From a virus (lineage: Duplodnaviria > Caudoviricetes), in IMG/VR virus record IMGVR_UViG_3300043429_000266, positions 1 to 59,341 of that record: a DNA stretch of 59,341 nucleotides, one strand, 5' to 3'. This document shows, in pieces, positions 28,990 to 37,840 of the stretch. The notes beneath the pieces are model-generated. The model was not told where the DNA came from, did no database searches, and saw only the letters and a list, made by a program, of their open reading frames with translations. The first letter of the stretch is position 1. Each line of letters opens with the position of its first letter. A program made the position numbers and the translations under genes.

Positions 28990-29966
28990 TTAGTGTAGCA
29001 CCCGATACCAGGATTGATGTAGATGGGGGAGCCGTCGTTGTCGCCGTCCCACGCGCGCTGAACCGACATTTGAGCTTTTTGCTCAAGCATGGGGATCAGG
29101 TTGATGTCAACAGCGGGGGTCTCAGCGGCGACCTTGGCAGCGAGGCCGTCCACAATCGCAGTCAACCAGCGTTGAGGAATCTCGACGTCTTGACGCAGGT
29201 TCTCAGTGTCCATGATATGGCGGTGACGCCACACGATGAGTTGAGCCTGCTCAGCGGCAATAAACGGCGCAGGCCAGATATGCATAACCGGTTGCGGGAT
29301 GTCGCGTTGGAACCAGAAACTGTTGGGGCGTCCTGGGAACACCTTATTGCTCTGATTCACATACGTGTCACGGTTCAACACGCCGAATGGGATTTCCTGC
29401 GGCATGTTGCCGAGGGTGACCGCAGTGGCGTTAATCGTGGCCGTAGACGTGATACGGAAGAAGTTGTAGGCGAGGGCCGCCGAGATGTCTGTCCACGTGA
29501 TTTCGCCAGCCGAAGCAATGGTTTCAGAGCCACCTACGGTAGTCCAGCTGATGCCGTCAGTTGAGACTTGAAAGGTCAACGGCACTGAGGCCGCAGACCA
29601 CTTCACACCCACGGTGGTGACTACGGTTTGGTCTTCAAAACCCACGGTGTAGTTTGTACCGGTGAAAGTGACAGTACCCTCAAGCAGCTGCAACACACGG
29701 TAGTTAGCGTTCAGAACCTCGACAGTGCCGACGGGAAGCTCAACAATAGGTTGGTTCTCGTAGAAAGGCAGGATCAGCTTATCAATACACCAGCTCGGGG
29801 TCTTGACGTTAGCAAGGTCTGAAAGGAAAAGAGACAACGACTCGAGCGCATATTGCTGCATCTCGCCGCTGATTGCCTGAGCAGGCAGGCGACAACGCCT
29901 GAAGGCATGATCTACTACCTTCAGGGCGTTAAAAGTTGCTACGCTCACGTTGCCGGAAAAGGCCAT
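28986..29966 (-). CDS. Tail tubular / head-closure adaptor protein
   Basis: GRPNSFW...HIWPAP...PQRW pattern; sits after the capsid genes. Confidence 0.6.
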   Translation of the reverse strand: MAFSGNVSVATFNALKVVDHAFRRCRLPAQAISGEMQQYALESLSLFLSDLANVKTPSWCIDKLILPFYENQPIVELPVGTVEVLNANYRVLQLLEGTVTFTGTNYTVGFEDQTVVTTVGVKWSAASVPLTFQVSTDGISWTTVGGSETIASAGEITWTDISAALAYNFFRITSTATINATAVTLGNMPQEIPFGVLNRDTYVNQSNKVFPGRPNSFWFQRDIPQPVMHIWPAPFIAAEQAQLIVWRHRHIMDTENLRQDVEIPQRWLTAIVDGLAAKVAAETPAVDINLIPMLEQKAQMSVQRAWDGDNDGSPIYINPGIGCYTK

Positions 29967-30048
29967 ACTAACTCCGAGAGGGGTGGTCAGATGGCCGCCG
30001 ATACAGCGCGCCCTACAATGACAGAAATTTTAGTTCAAGAAGCGTGAA

Positions 30049-30426
30049 TTAACGCTTTTTGCCCACCATACCGCCGCATTTCATTGCGATCATCGGCTCA
30101 CGGGAAGCCACAGGCACTGCGCGACGAGCAGGGGAGCGAACCACGGCCTCTTCCATCACCGCTTGGCGTTCCATACTAGGGGTCTGCACCGGCCCGCGCT
30201 TAGGTGTGACTTTGCCGCCCTTGGCGAGCTTGGTCAGGGGTTCGCCTTTGTGCAGGGCTTTTTCATGCTTGTGCACAGCGGCGGACACCATCTGTTTGTC
30301 TTGCTTCATGTCGCTAGCAACAGCACCGCCCTTGGCGTAACCTTTACCAGCCATGCCGCCTTTGCACAGACCCACGGTCTTGCCTGCGGAGCTGAAATTG
30401 AAGTCTTTAACTTTACCGACTGTCAT
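30049..30426 (-). CDS. Basic protein with four xKGG/xCGG repeats, probable head internal protein
   Basis: LCKGG, YAKGG, LAKGG, MKCGG; HKHE motif. Confidence 0.65.
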   Translation of the reverse strand: MTVGKVKDFNFSSAGKTVGLCKGGMAGKGYAKGGAVASDMKQDKQMVSAAVHKHEKALHKGEPLTKLAKGGKVTPKRGPVQTPSMERQAVMEEAVVRSPARRAVPVASREPMIAMKCGGMVGKKR

Positions 30427-30437
30427 AGTTGTGCTCC

Positions 30438-30848
30438 TTAGGCGCTTGCGTATGTTTTGATGAATTCGAGGATGAGCGTGTAGCGGTCGCCGGAGGTCGC
30501 ACCCACGGTGGTGAACGCTACGTCACCGGTCTTGCCGGTGCCAGCGTTGTTGCTGATGCCGCCGAAGTCGTTGTAGCTTGCGGTGTACATGACGTTCTGA
30601 GGAACGGTCTCGCAGACCACATCGGTGTCGGCTTCCCACAAAATGGTAACACCCATACCGTCAGTCTGAGCCCAGATCTTGTTCAGCTTTACGCCGTTGC
30701 AGGCGAGGTTAAATGAGTTACGTGCCAGAGTGGACACGTCAACTTTGGTGACAGCGGCTTCGCCGGTGCCATCAGATACGTTTGTGAATTTGGCAATGTA
30801 AAGACGTTCGCCGTCCAAAATTACTTGCGTGCTTACTGCGTCAGCCAT
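30438..30848 (-). CDS. Virion structural protein
   Basis: Beta-rich ORF with GGAG RBS downstream of the capsid gene. Confidence 0.65.
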   Translation of the reverse strand: MADAVSTQVILDGERLYIAKFTNVSDGTGEAAVTKVDVSTLARNSFNLACNGVKLNKIWAQTDGMGVTILWEADTDVVCETVPQNVMYTASYNDFGGISNNAGTGKTGDVAFTTVGATSGDRYTLILEFIKTYASA

Positions 30849-30861
30849 GACAGGCTCCTAT

Positions 30862-30894
30862 TGAAACGGGCAGGGACTAGCCCCGCCACCCGTT
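30862..30894 (-). terminator. Possible terminator hairpin
   Basis: GCGGGG-CTAG-TCCCTGC stem with a short T run on -. Confidence 0.4.
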
Positions 30895-30911
30895 AATGAA
30901 AACCGCCAGTA

Positions 30912-31307
30912 TTAGGCAGCGACAGCGCCGTTCAAAGCGGTGATAGCCCAACCAGCAGCGGTATAAACCAAAGAGGCAGACTCGCCCACGCCGGTGAAGG
31001 TAATGGTGCTGAAGCCGATCTTAGTGGTTGGGGTCAACACAGCAGAGCCGCCGTCAACCACGTGCACGATGGTCTTCATTTGACCGAGGGTGCCGTTAGC
31101 CAGCGTCAAAGCCTGCGCAGAGCCAGTGCTTGTCAAACTGGTCAACATGTCTGTGACGTTCACAGCGCCTGCGCCAGAAAGGGCTTGGTTGCTAGCGAAC
31201 ACATCGCCTGTCAAATTACCTGTGACGTTACCGACGGTGTTGCCGGTAACAGTGCCGATGAAGCCATTCAGTGATTGCACTGGGCCGGAAAATGTAGTTT
31301 GTCCCAT
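30912..31307 (-). CDS. Capsid decoration / head fibre protein
   Basis: MGQTTFSGPV start with GAGGAG RBS; VTGN repeats. Confidence 0.65.
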   Translation of the reverse strand: MGQTTFSGPVQSLNGFIGTVTGNTVGNVTGNLTGDVFASNQALSGAGAVNVTDMLTSLTSTGSAQALTLANGTLGQMKTIVHVVDGGSAVLTPTTKIGFSTITFTGVGESASLVYTAAGWAITALNGAVAA

Positions 31308-31314
31308 TTGGGCT

Positions 31315-31395
31315 CTCCTCACATGCGAGTTAATAAAGATACGTTTGTCTGCATGTCGTCAGCGCGGGGTTAGTTCGCCGTCGAACGTATCAGGG
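31315..31395 (-). ncRNA. Structured RNA downstream of the gpT-like capsid gene (Mu-gpT-DE-like candidate)
   Basis: GATACGTT/AACGTATC stem and an ACATGC/GCATGT pseudoknot-type pairing; position fits the Mu-gpT downstream element. Confidence 0.55.
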
Positions 31396-31404
31396 ATACC
31401 CCTG

Positions 31405-31440
31405 AGAAAAACCCCCGCCAGTTGCCCAGCAGGGGTTCTT
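31405..31440 (-). terminator. Intrinsic terminator after the major capsid gene
   Basis: AACCCCTGCTGG-GCAA-CTGGCGGGGGTT followed by a T run on -. Confidence 0.8.
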
Positions 31441-31448
31441 CAAGGTGA

Positions 31449-32363
31449 TTAGATACCAGCGGTACCGTACACACCACGTGGGTCAGTCCAACCCACCACA
31501 TAACGCTCAGTTGCCTTGTAGCGCATGGAGTCAGTCTCGAAGTCACCTTCCATAGACTTCTCCAAGCCACGACGCATCAACAGCTTCAAACCGTCTGGAG
31601 CATCGGTCTGCACCCACCAAGCGGTGGTAGAAGTGATACGAGACAAGTTAGCTTGGCCGTCAGCCAGCAAGCCCATGGACTTAACTGGGTTGATGTCGTT
31701 GTCAGCAGTGCCAGCACGTAGCACAGACTTCAACAAGACTTCAGCTTGGAACACGTTAGAAGGGCCAGAGACGATCTTCTTAGGTGTCAAACGGATACGC
31801 TTACCGTTGTTGTCAACAGCGTTGCGGATCTGGATGAGCATCTGCTCCAATGAAGTTTGCGACAATGCAGCAGCAGTAGTGAGCTGGTTGCTGAAAGTGC
31901 CGTTCACGATTGGGTGGCTGTTGCTAACCAAAGCCACGCCGTCACCGCCAGTGTAAGAACCGTTAAAGGCGCGGTTCAAGATGTTGGCTGCGAGGGTTTC
32001 CTTAGTCTCAATCAAAGATTGAGCCAAGTGCTTGGCGTAGGTCTGACCGATACGGATATGGTCGCCGTCTTCCACCAACACTTTTGTCAAAGCGAAGGCG
32101 AGGCCATACACTTTGTACAAGTAGCGTTGCAAGAACAACACACCACCGGATTGGTAAGTCACAGCCATACCGTCTGGCAACTCAGGAGCTGCACCGAAAC
32201 CGTACAAGACGGGTTCTTCGTGGTAGTTACGTGGGATACCTTTTTGTTCACGGAAGACCATCTTCCATTCGTCGGCACGTTGGTCATAAACGCCGTCAAA
32301 GACTTCGTTCATGATTGGTTCGACTACGGAGCGGAAGTCCGTACTGCGCATAGGGGTTGCCAT
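31449..32363 (-). CDS. Major capsid protein (Mu gpT-like, HK97 fold)
   Basis: 304 aa; GGDGVALVSNSHP, NDINP, GDFETDSMRYKATERY..GWTDPRG. Confidence 0.88.
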   Translation of the reverse strand: MATPMRSTDFRSVVEPIMNEVFDGVYDQRADEWKMVFREQKGIPRNYHEEPVLYGFGAAPELPDGMAVTYQSGGVLFLQRYLYKVYGLAFALTKVLVEDGDHIRIGQTYAKHLAQSLIETKETLAANILNRAFNGSYTGGDGVALVSNSHPIVNGTFSNQLTTAAALSQTSLEQMLIQIRNAVDNNGKRIRLTPKKIVSGPSNVFQAEVLLKSVLRAGTADNDINPVKSMGLLADGQANLSRITSTTAWWVQTDAPDGLKLLMRRGLEKSMEGDFETDSMRYKATERYVVGWTDPRGVYGTAGI

Positions 32364-32376
32364 TGTCTAACCCTCC

Positions 32377-32976
32377 TTAGATTGAGTTAACCGCAGCTTT
32401 GTATGCGTGTTCGTTGATACGAACGGTCACAACAGCATAAGCATCGGTGATTGAGTCATTGATTTCATAGCCAAAGCCGGTGATCTGGAACTGGCCAGAA
32501 GTCGACTGAATAGCTGTGAGCTGGGTGCTGGACAAACCAGTACGTGTGCTGCCGCCAGGAGAGGCCACAGTCCAATCGCACTCTTCGCCAACCGCAGTTT
32601 GCATAGTAGTCACGCCAGGAGTACCTGGATTGGTGTATTGCACTTCAAACAGCGTTTCAGGATCATCATAGACCCAAGCGGTGATGTTCGTAGCAGTTGT
32701 ACCAGTTGGCCAGAAAGGCGAAATGGTAGGCTTGCCCGATGCGTCATCGTATTGGCAGCCGGCAAAAATGCCGAGCAGAGTGACGCCGTCAACGGTGCCT
32801 GAACGAGTACCGTCAGAGGTGCCCAATTCAATAACGCCAGCGTCAGTGAGCTTCACGGGGTCGCCCGAGAAGATGTTTGCAGCATAACCGGTTGCAACGG
32901 TATAGGCTTTCGCGCGGATCTGACCACTGTTGTGGAAAGAAGCACGGAAGCCGAAAGGTGCGCTAGTCGAAGACAT
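32377..32976 (-). CDS. Capsid cement/decoration protein
   Basis: APFGFR, IFSGDPV, GIFAGC, DDPETLF; directly upstream of the capsid gene. Confidence 0.65.
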   Translation of the reverse strand: MSSTSAPFGFRASFHNSGQIRAKAYTVATGYAANIFSGDPVKLTDAGVIELGTSDGTRSGTVDGVTLLGIFAGCQYDDASGKPTISPFWPTGTTATNITAWVYDDPETLFEVQYTNPGTPGVTTMQTAVGEECDWTVASPGGSTRTGLSSTQLTAIQSTSGQFQITGFGYEINDSITDAYAVVTVRINEHAYKAAVNSI

Positions 32977-33016
32977 TAGCTCAGCTCCTTAAGGTTGGTT
33001 GAATTAAAAAATTGCG

Positions 33017-33547
33017 TCAAGACAGCTCAAACTGAGCGTCTCGCTTTTGTCCAATTTCCATATTACCGTCGCCCATGGTGATCTTCGACTTAGATGCGCG
33101 AGCTTGTTGTTCCATGAACTCAGCCGTGTCAGTGAGTTTTTCTTCCTCACGCAACGGTGCGTCATGGTGCGCCTCTTTCATGTACTTCTCGTACAATGAC
33201 ATCGGCAACTTAAAAGCCAGCATCTCATTAACTCCAACGAAGCCATTCCAGTCACCGGTTTTAATGGTTGCGTATTCCCAGCCAGGAACGTCTTCTGGCT
33301 TGATGGGCTGGTAGCCCAAGCGGATGCGCATCTGGATAGAGTCGCGGGGGTTAGTCGTTGTCAGCCAGCACGTGTGCCAGCCAGCGATTTTCGGTAAATC
33401 AGGCAATGAAGACTGAAAAAACTGTTGACGGAACATTTCAACTCGCTCATCATCGGACAACTCGCGGTTTTCAGTTTTCGTGCGATCTTCCATCTCACGG
33501 ACTGTGCGGTTATCACCAGCGGATTTCTTTAAGCGTTCGTCGGACAT
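33017..33547 (-). CDS. Head-module hypothetical protein
   Basis: AGGAG RBS; between scaffold and cement genes. Confidence 0.7.
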   Translation of the reverse strand: MSDERLKKSAGDNRTVREMEDRTKTENRELSDDERVEMFRQQFFQSSLPDLPKIAGWHTCWLTTTNPRDSIQMRIRLGYQPIKPEDVPGWEYATIKTGDWNGFVGVNEMLAFKLPMSLYEKYMKEAHHDAPLREEEKLTDTAEFMEQQARASKSKITMGDGNMEIGQKRDAQFELS

Positions 33548-33575
33548 TACTCGCTCCTTTCAGCGATTGATTTAA

Positions 33576-33604
33576 ATTTTAGGCGTGAATTGCAGAAAAG
33601 GCAA
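33576..33604 (-). promoter_or_regulatory. Sigma70-like promoter for the capsid operon
   Basis: TTGCCT-17 nt-TAAAAT on the - strand. Confidence 0.6.
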
Positions 33605-33605
33605 T

Positions 33606-34595
33606 TCATGCGCGGTTTGTGCGGTCGTATTCAGCGTAACGCTTGACGTACTTCATGCGCAGGACGGGGTCGTCCCACACACCAGCTTCAATCAACGCCT
33701 GCTTACGCTCAGGGCTCACATAAACCTCTTTGCGGGTAGAAGTGGGGGCGTGTTCACGGCCTGAGCCGATACCAGGACCACCGCGCGCAACGCGCTCTTC
33801 TTTTTGCTCAGCCTTGGCTTCGGGCTTTGAAAAACGTTCGGGCAGGCGACGAGCAGCGCGGGCGCGCAACTCATTCCAGTACTCTTCGCTCTTCGGGTCG
33901 TAGCCGTCACGCACTAGGCCTTGGTCAATAGCGAGCACGATGGCGGAGTCTTCGTTACGGCCTTGGGGGTCGTACCATTTGTTCTCGTCCAAAAACTCAC
34001 GTGCATGCAACATGACACGGTCGTCCATGCCGCCTTCTTGCGCTGAGGGCTTGGCTTGTGCGGCCTGCTGCTTAGCAAAGGTGAGTTGGTTAGCCTTAGC
34101 CATAGCCTCGTCACGGTACTTCAGGGCTTGCGCCACGTCAGCGCCGTTGCCGGCCTCGACCGCCTTGGCGATGACCCGCTCGGCCATCTCGGCTTCGTTC
34201 TTGGCAGCGGCGATTTGTTGGTCAAAGCTGTTCAAGTCGGCCTGATAGGTGCGCTGTTCAATAGTGCTGAACCGGCGCTCAAGGTCATCATTGCGCTTGC
34301 GCAGGAACTCCAGCTCCACCTTGTCACGGGTGATGGCCTTCTCGCGGCGTTCTTTACGCTCGAGCTTCTCTAGGCGGCGGCGCTCACGAATGGCTTCGCG
34401 TTCGTCGTCGCTGGCGTCTTTTTCTTCGTCAGCAGCTTTGGTGCTGCGTTCGTCGTCTTCGTCGGGGTCTTCCTCGGCGGCTTGAGCTGCCTTGGCGTCT
34501 TCCTCGGCCTTTTTGACCGCAGGATCCTCCTCAACGATCACGATCTCTTGGTCTCGCTCCAAGTTTTCGTCGTCTTCTTTCAATACTTCAGCCAT
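33606..34595 (-). CDS. Capsid scaffolding protein
   Basis: Acidic N-terminus and long coiled-coil; between portal and capsid. Confidence 0.75.
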   Translation of the reverse strand: MAEVLKEDDENLERDQEIVIVEEDPAVKKAEEDAKAAQAAEEDPDEDDERSTKAADEEKDASDDEREAIRERRRLEKLERKERREKAITRDKVELEFLRKRNDDLERRFSTIEQRTYQADLNSFDQQIAAAKNEAEMAERVIAKAVEAGNGADVAQALKYRDEAMAKANQLTFAKQQAAQAKPSAQEGGMDDRVMLHAREFLDENKWYDPQGRNEDSAIVLAIDQGLVRDGYDPKSEEYWNELRARAARRLPERFSKPEAKAEQKEERVARGGPGIGSGREHAPTSTRKEVYVSPERKQALIEAGVWDDPVLRMKYVKRYAEYDRTNRA

Positions 34596-34610
34596 TGCTC
34601 ATCTCCTTTA

Positions 34611-35018
34611 TCAGATGAATGCTCGGATAGCCAACGGGTCGCCTTCGACTTTGCCGATGATATCCAAATCGTTAAAAATCACGAACAGCGCGGATTCGCC
34701 GTTCTCCAGTGGGACCTCCCAGCGGTCACCGCCGTACTTAGGGACGCGAACGTAGTCGCCTGGATGAGCCCATGAGCCTTCGGGCCAAGGTTCCAAGTTG
34801 TTACGGTTGCGGTAAGCAACGGGGCCGTGCTGAATCACTTTGGCCACTTGTGTGTTCCACTTCTCGGTATCACGCGACCCAGTGTCGATGATGATGCCTG
34901 AGGCGGTGGTTTGCTTTGGTGTGCGGATCTGTACCAGAACACGGCTACCGAAGGGCTGCACACCAGCATTTACTGCTGGAAAAGCCGCTTCCATGGCGTT
35001 CTCATAGGTCTTTGTCAC
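34611..35018 (-). CDS. groES: GroES-like co-chaperonin
   Basis: QPFGSRVLV...TASGIII...GPVA...GDYV..KYGG...FNDLDIIG; GTG start at 35018. Confidence 0.85.
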   Translation of the reverse strand: MTKTYENAMEAAFPAVNAGVQPFGSRVLVQIRTPKQTTASGIIIDTGSRDTEKWNTQVAKVIQHGPVAYRNRNNLEPWPEGSWAHPGDYVRVPKYGGDRWEVPLENGESALFVIFNDLDIIGKVEGDPLAIRAFI

Positions 35019-35199
35019 TATTTCTCTCCTCATCGAGAATTGCAAGAAGTACGTTGATGGCGGCCTCGTAACCAGCTACGACACCGACGCGATACCCGTA
35101 CTCAAAGGCATCGCGATTTTGGGGACGCGTGAGAGACTCAAGCGCGAATTCTTGTTGCTTAACTTTGAGGGTGTTAAGCAGCTGAGCTTCTATGCTCAT
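35002..35199 (-). CDS. Hypothetical protein
   Basis: Short helical ORF coupled to neighbours. Confidence 0.65.
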   Translation of the reverse strand: MSIEAQLLNTLKVKQQEFALESLTRPQNRDAFEYGYRVGVVAGYEAAINVLLAILDEERNSDKDL

Positions 35200-35330
35200 G
35201 CAGGCGTTTTCTTCTCAGAAGGGGCTGCGGGGGTGGTTTGTCCGGTAACGGGCTTACCAGCGGCCATGCGGTGGTGCTGCTTGACAGCAGCGTTGTCCAT
35301 AGGCACTTGATTGGTGTTTGGTTTTGGCAT
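35196..35330 (-). CDS. 44-aa hypothetical protein (not in the ORF track)
   Basis: MPKPNTNQVPMD...HHRMAAGKPV; AGGAG RBS; ATGA overlap with the next gene. Confidence 0.6.
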   Translation of the reverse strand: MPKPNTNQVPMDNAAVKQHHRMAAGKPVTGQTTPAAPSEKKTPA

Positions 35331-35341
35331 TTTATTGCTCC

Positions 35342-37840
35342 TTAGGGGTTGGGGTTGATACCTGTGCCGGTGCTGACGGCGATTTTGTCACCCGTGGCGA
35401 TCTCCGCAGCAGCTAGGCGCATGGCGGTTTCGTTGTCGGCGTTGTTCATAGCCATACGGGCCTTGACCTCGATGGCGGTGCGTTGGTCTTCGGAGCTTTG
35501 ACGCAGCTGTTCGCGGGCGTCTTCGGCCTGCAGACGGGCCGCATCCAGTTGAACTTTCTGTTGATCCGCTTGACCGGCCAGTTGCAGCTTGGCTTTGTCC
35601 ACTTCGAGCTTGGCAGCGTCGAGTTGTGCGCGTTGAGCCAGTGCTTGACCCTGAACCTGAGCGTTGAGCTGTGCGATTTGCATGCTGCTGTCAGGCGGCA
35701 TTGGTGGTTGGGGCTTGAATTGTTGAGCTTGCTGTTCAATTTGCGCCATTTCACCAGCAAATTCACCCAGCTGCTTCTCAATTTCGGCTTGAACCTGCAA
35801 AATTACCTGCACTTGTGCTTCGGCTTCCTCAGGAATCAGCTCTTTGCGCTGGGCTTGGTCTACGGCCTCATGCGCTTCGGCAAGATAGTAGTTCAAGATG
35901 TGGTCGCGCAGGTGAGTCGCCATCGGGTACAGGAAAGTTTTGATGATCGCAGGGTTCTGGCCGAACAAAGGCGACTTCAGGAAGGCCAAATGGGTCTTCA
36001 AATGCGCGATGTGCTCCTGACGGGGCAAAACGTACACGGGGCGACCCATTGCGGCGGCCACGTTCTCGCTTACGGGGTCAATGTCCTCGCTGCCGACCTT
36101 GGGTTGCAGCACATCATCGTCGCTGATCTTCAGGTTGCGCAGGAACATCTCCTCCACTTTACGTTGGTCGTAAAGCTGAGGCACAACGGCGGAGCGTTGC
36201 ATGATGGCCTGAACCTGAGCAAAGCGTTGAGTCTCGCTGAAGATGGCGGGATCGCTCACGGGAACGATGTCCATCGGGCCGTCAAAGTCCGCAGGGCTGA
36301 TTTCCAATCCGGCAGACTGCGCCTGAATGTCTTCCTCGGTCAAATAGGCCGAGTTGATGCGGTGCAGAATCTTGAACGAACGCGACATCGAGTTGTGGAG
36401 TCGCGAGTGGATGCTCGAGAACACAACCATACCTTGCTCGATGAGCGCCATGGTAGTACCCACGGGCTGATTAGCGTTGGCGTCACTGAGCTTCTCAAAA
36501 GAAGTCTGGATGACACCCTTGCCGGCGTCCACAACAAAGCCGAGGAGCTGGAACAGCGTGGGCGAGGGGCCAGGAAAGGGGATCGGCATCGCCAGTTTGC
36601 GGATGTCATCAATCAGCGCGCCGCCTTCAATCTCGGAGACTTCGGTAGGTTGGACGTTGATGGTCTGACCGTTGGGGCCGCCTTTCAGCTTGAGCATCGT
36701 AGGCACGTTTTGAATGTGCGCCGAGTCCAGCAGGGCACGGAGCGCGCCGGTAGCGGCACCTGACAACCCGCCGATGAGGTGGGTCAGGCCGATGGGGTAC
36801 GCGCCACGCCAAGGCACAAAACCGAACTCAACAATCCAGTCTAGCTCGTTCTTCCACTCGTCGGCTTCTTCCCAGTTGCGGTACAGCGCGAGGGCTTGTG
36901 AGCTGGACTTGTCAACGCTGATGATGTAAGGCTCGGGGCCGTCACCGAAGTCAAGATGCGTGTAGATCTCAAACACGGTACGCAGACCGTCTTCATTGTA
37001 CGCAGTGTCCTTGCGGCCTTCAATCTTGTCGTTAGCTTGAGAGGCTTTGCTGAACTCAGGGGTGTCAGGCGCGCCAAGGTTGACGTCGATGTAGAGACCG
37101 GCCTTAACACGGCGCTTGTACTCGTACTCAGTGATGTACTGAACGTGGGTCTTGCGCTCGGCGGAGTAGAAGTTGGTAGCCGCAAACGGCAGGTAGATGT
37201 CATCAATGGCGATGAACTCAGCCGTAGGACGGCGGTGCTGCGCGCTCCACATGTACTTCATGTACTGTGCGCCGCCCAAAGGCAGTTGCGTGCTCAGCTG
37301 CTCCAGCTCACCACGGAACTCAGGCATCTGCTCAGTGGTCTGCCAGTTCATGAACTCGGCTTTACGCTCGGCGCGCTCTACCTTCTCTTTTTCCTTCTCA
37401 CCGAGGATCTTGCTCTTGACAGGACCAGACGGTGGAAAGAGTTCCTTCATGACTCGGGCGGAAAAGTCTACGCAGGCTTCAACCAGCATTGGGTGAACGA
37501 CTTTGTTGGCACCCGTGAATTGCGCTCCACCAGGAGCATCATCACCGAGGCCGGTGCGGCGCAGCCCTTCCTCGTACAACTTGTCGCGCTTTTCACGCGC
37601 TTCCTTGTCCTTGCTGATCTTGTCGAGCAGGTCAGAGACGTAAGACTTCAGCTCGGCTTGGTCTACCTCGTCAACGATGTTGGCGAAGTGAGCGGCCTTT
37701 TCTTTGTTGTCGTCCTCGCCACCGGTGCGGATGATCGCGCCACCGTCTTCGGTGTCTTCAACGTCAGAGGGTTCCTCGTCGTAGCCGACGGTTTCGCCCT
37801 GCTTAGGCATTGTCAAGTCATCGTTCCGTTGTTCAGGCAT
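35342..37840 (-). CDS. Portal protein (P22-like, C-terminal barrel)
   Basis: About 830 aa; HPMLVEACVDF, PVGTTMALIEQG, Gln-rich coiled tail; start uncertain. Confidence 0.85.
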   Translation of the reverse strand: MPEQRNDDLTMPKQGETVGYDEEPSDVEDTEDGGAIIRTGGEDDNKEKAAHFANIVDEVDQAELKSYVSDLLDKISKDKEAREKRDKLYEEGLRRTGLGDDAPGGAQFTGANKVVHPMLVEACVDFSARVMKELFPPSGPVKSKILGEKEKEKVERAERKAEFMNWQTTEQMPEFRGELEQLSTQLPLGGAQYMKYMWSAQHRRPTAEFIAIDDIYLPFAATNFYSAERKTHVQYITEYEYKRRVKAGLYIDVNLGAPDTPEFSKASQANDKIEGRKDTAYNEDGLRTVFEIYTHLDFGDGPEPYIISVDKSSSQALALYRNWEEADEWKNELDWIVEFGFVPWRGAYPIGLTHLIGGLSGAATGALRALLDSAHIQNVPTMLKLKGGPNGQTINVQPTEVSEIEGGALIDDIRKLAMPIPFPGPSPTLFQLLGFVVDAGKGVIQTSFEKLSDANANQPVGTTMALIEQGMVVFSSIHSRLHNSMSRSFKILHRINSAYLTEEDIQAQSAGLEISPADFDGPMDIVPVSDPAIFSETQRFAQVQAIMQRSAVVPQLYDQRKVEEMFLRNLKISDDDVLQPKVGSEDIDPVSENVAAAMGRPVYVLPRQEHIAHLKTHLAFLKSPLFGQNPAIIKTFLYPMATHLRDHILNYYLAEAHEAVDQAQRKELIPEEAEAQVQVILQVQAEIEKQLGEFAGEMAQIEQQAQQFKPQPPMPPDSSMQIAQLNAQVQGQALAQRAQLDAAKLEVDKAKLQLAGQADQQKVQLDAARLQAEDAREQLRQSSEDQRTAIEVKARMAMNNADNETAMRLAAAEIATGDKIAVSTGTGINPNP

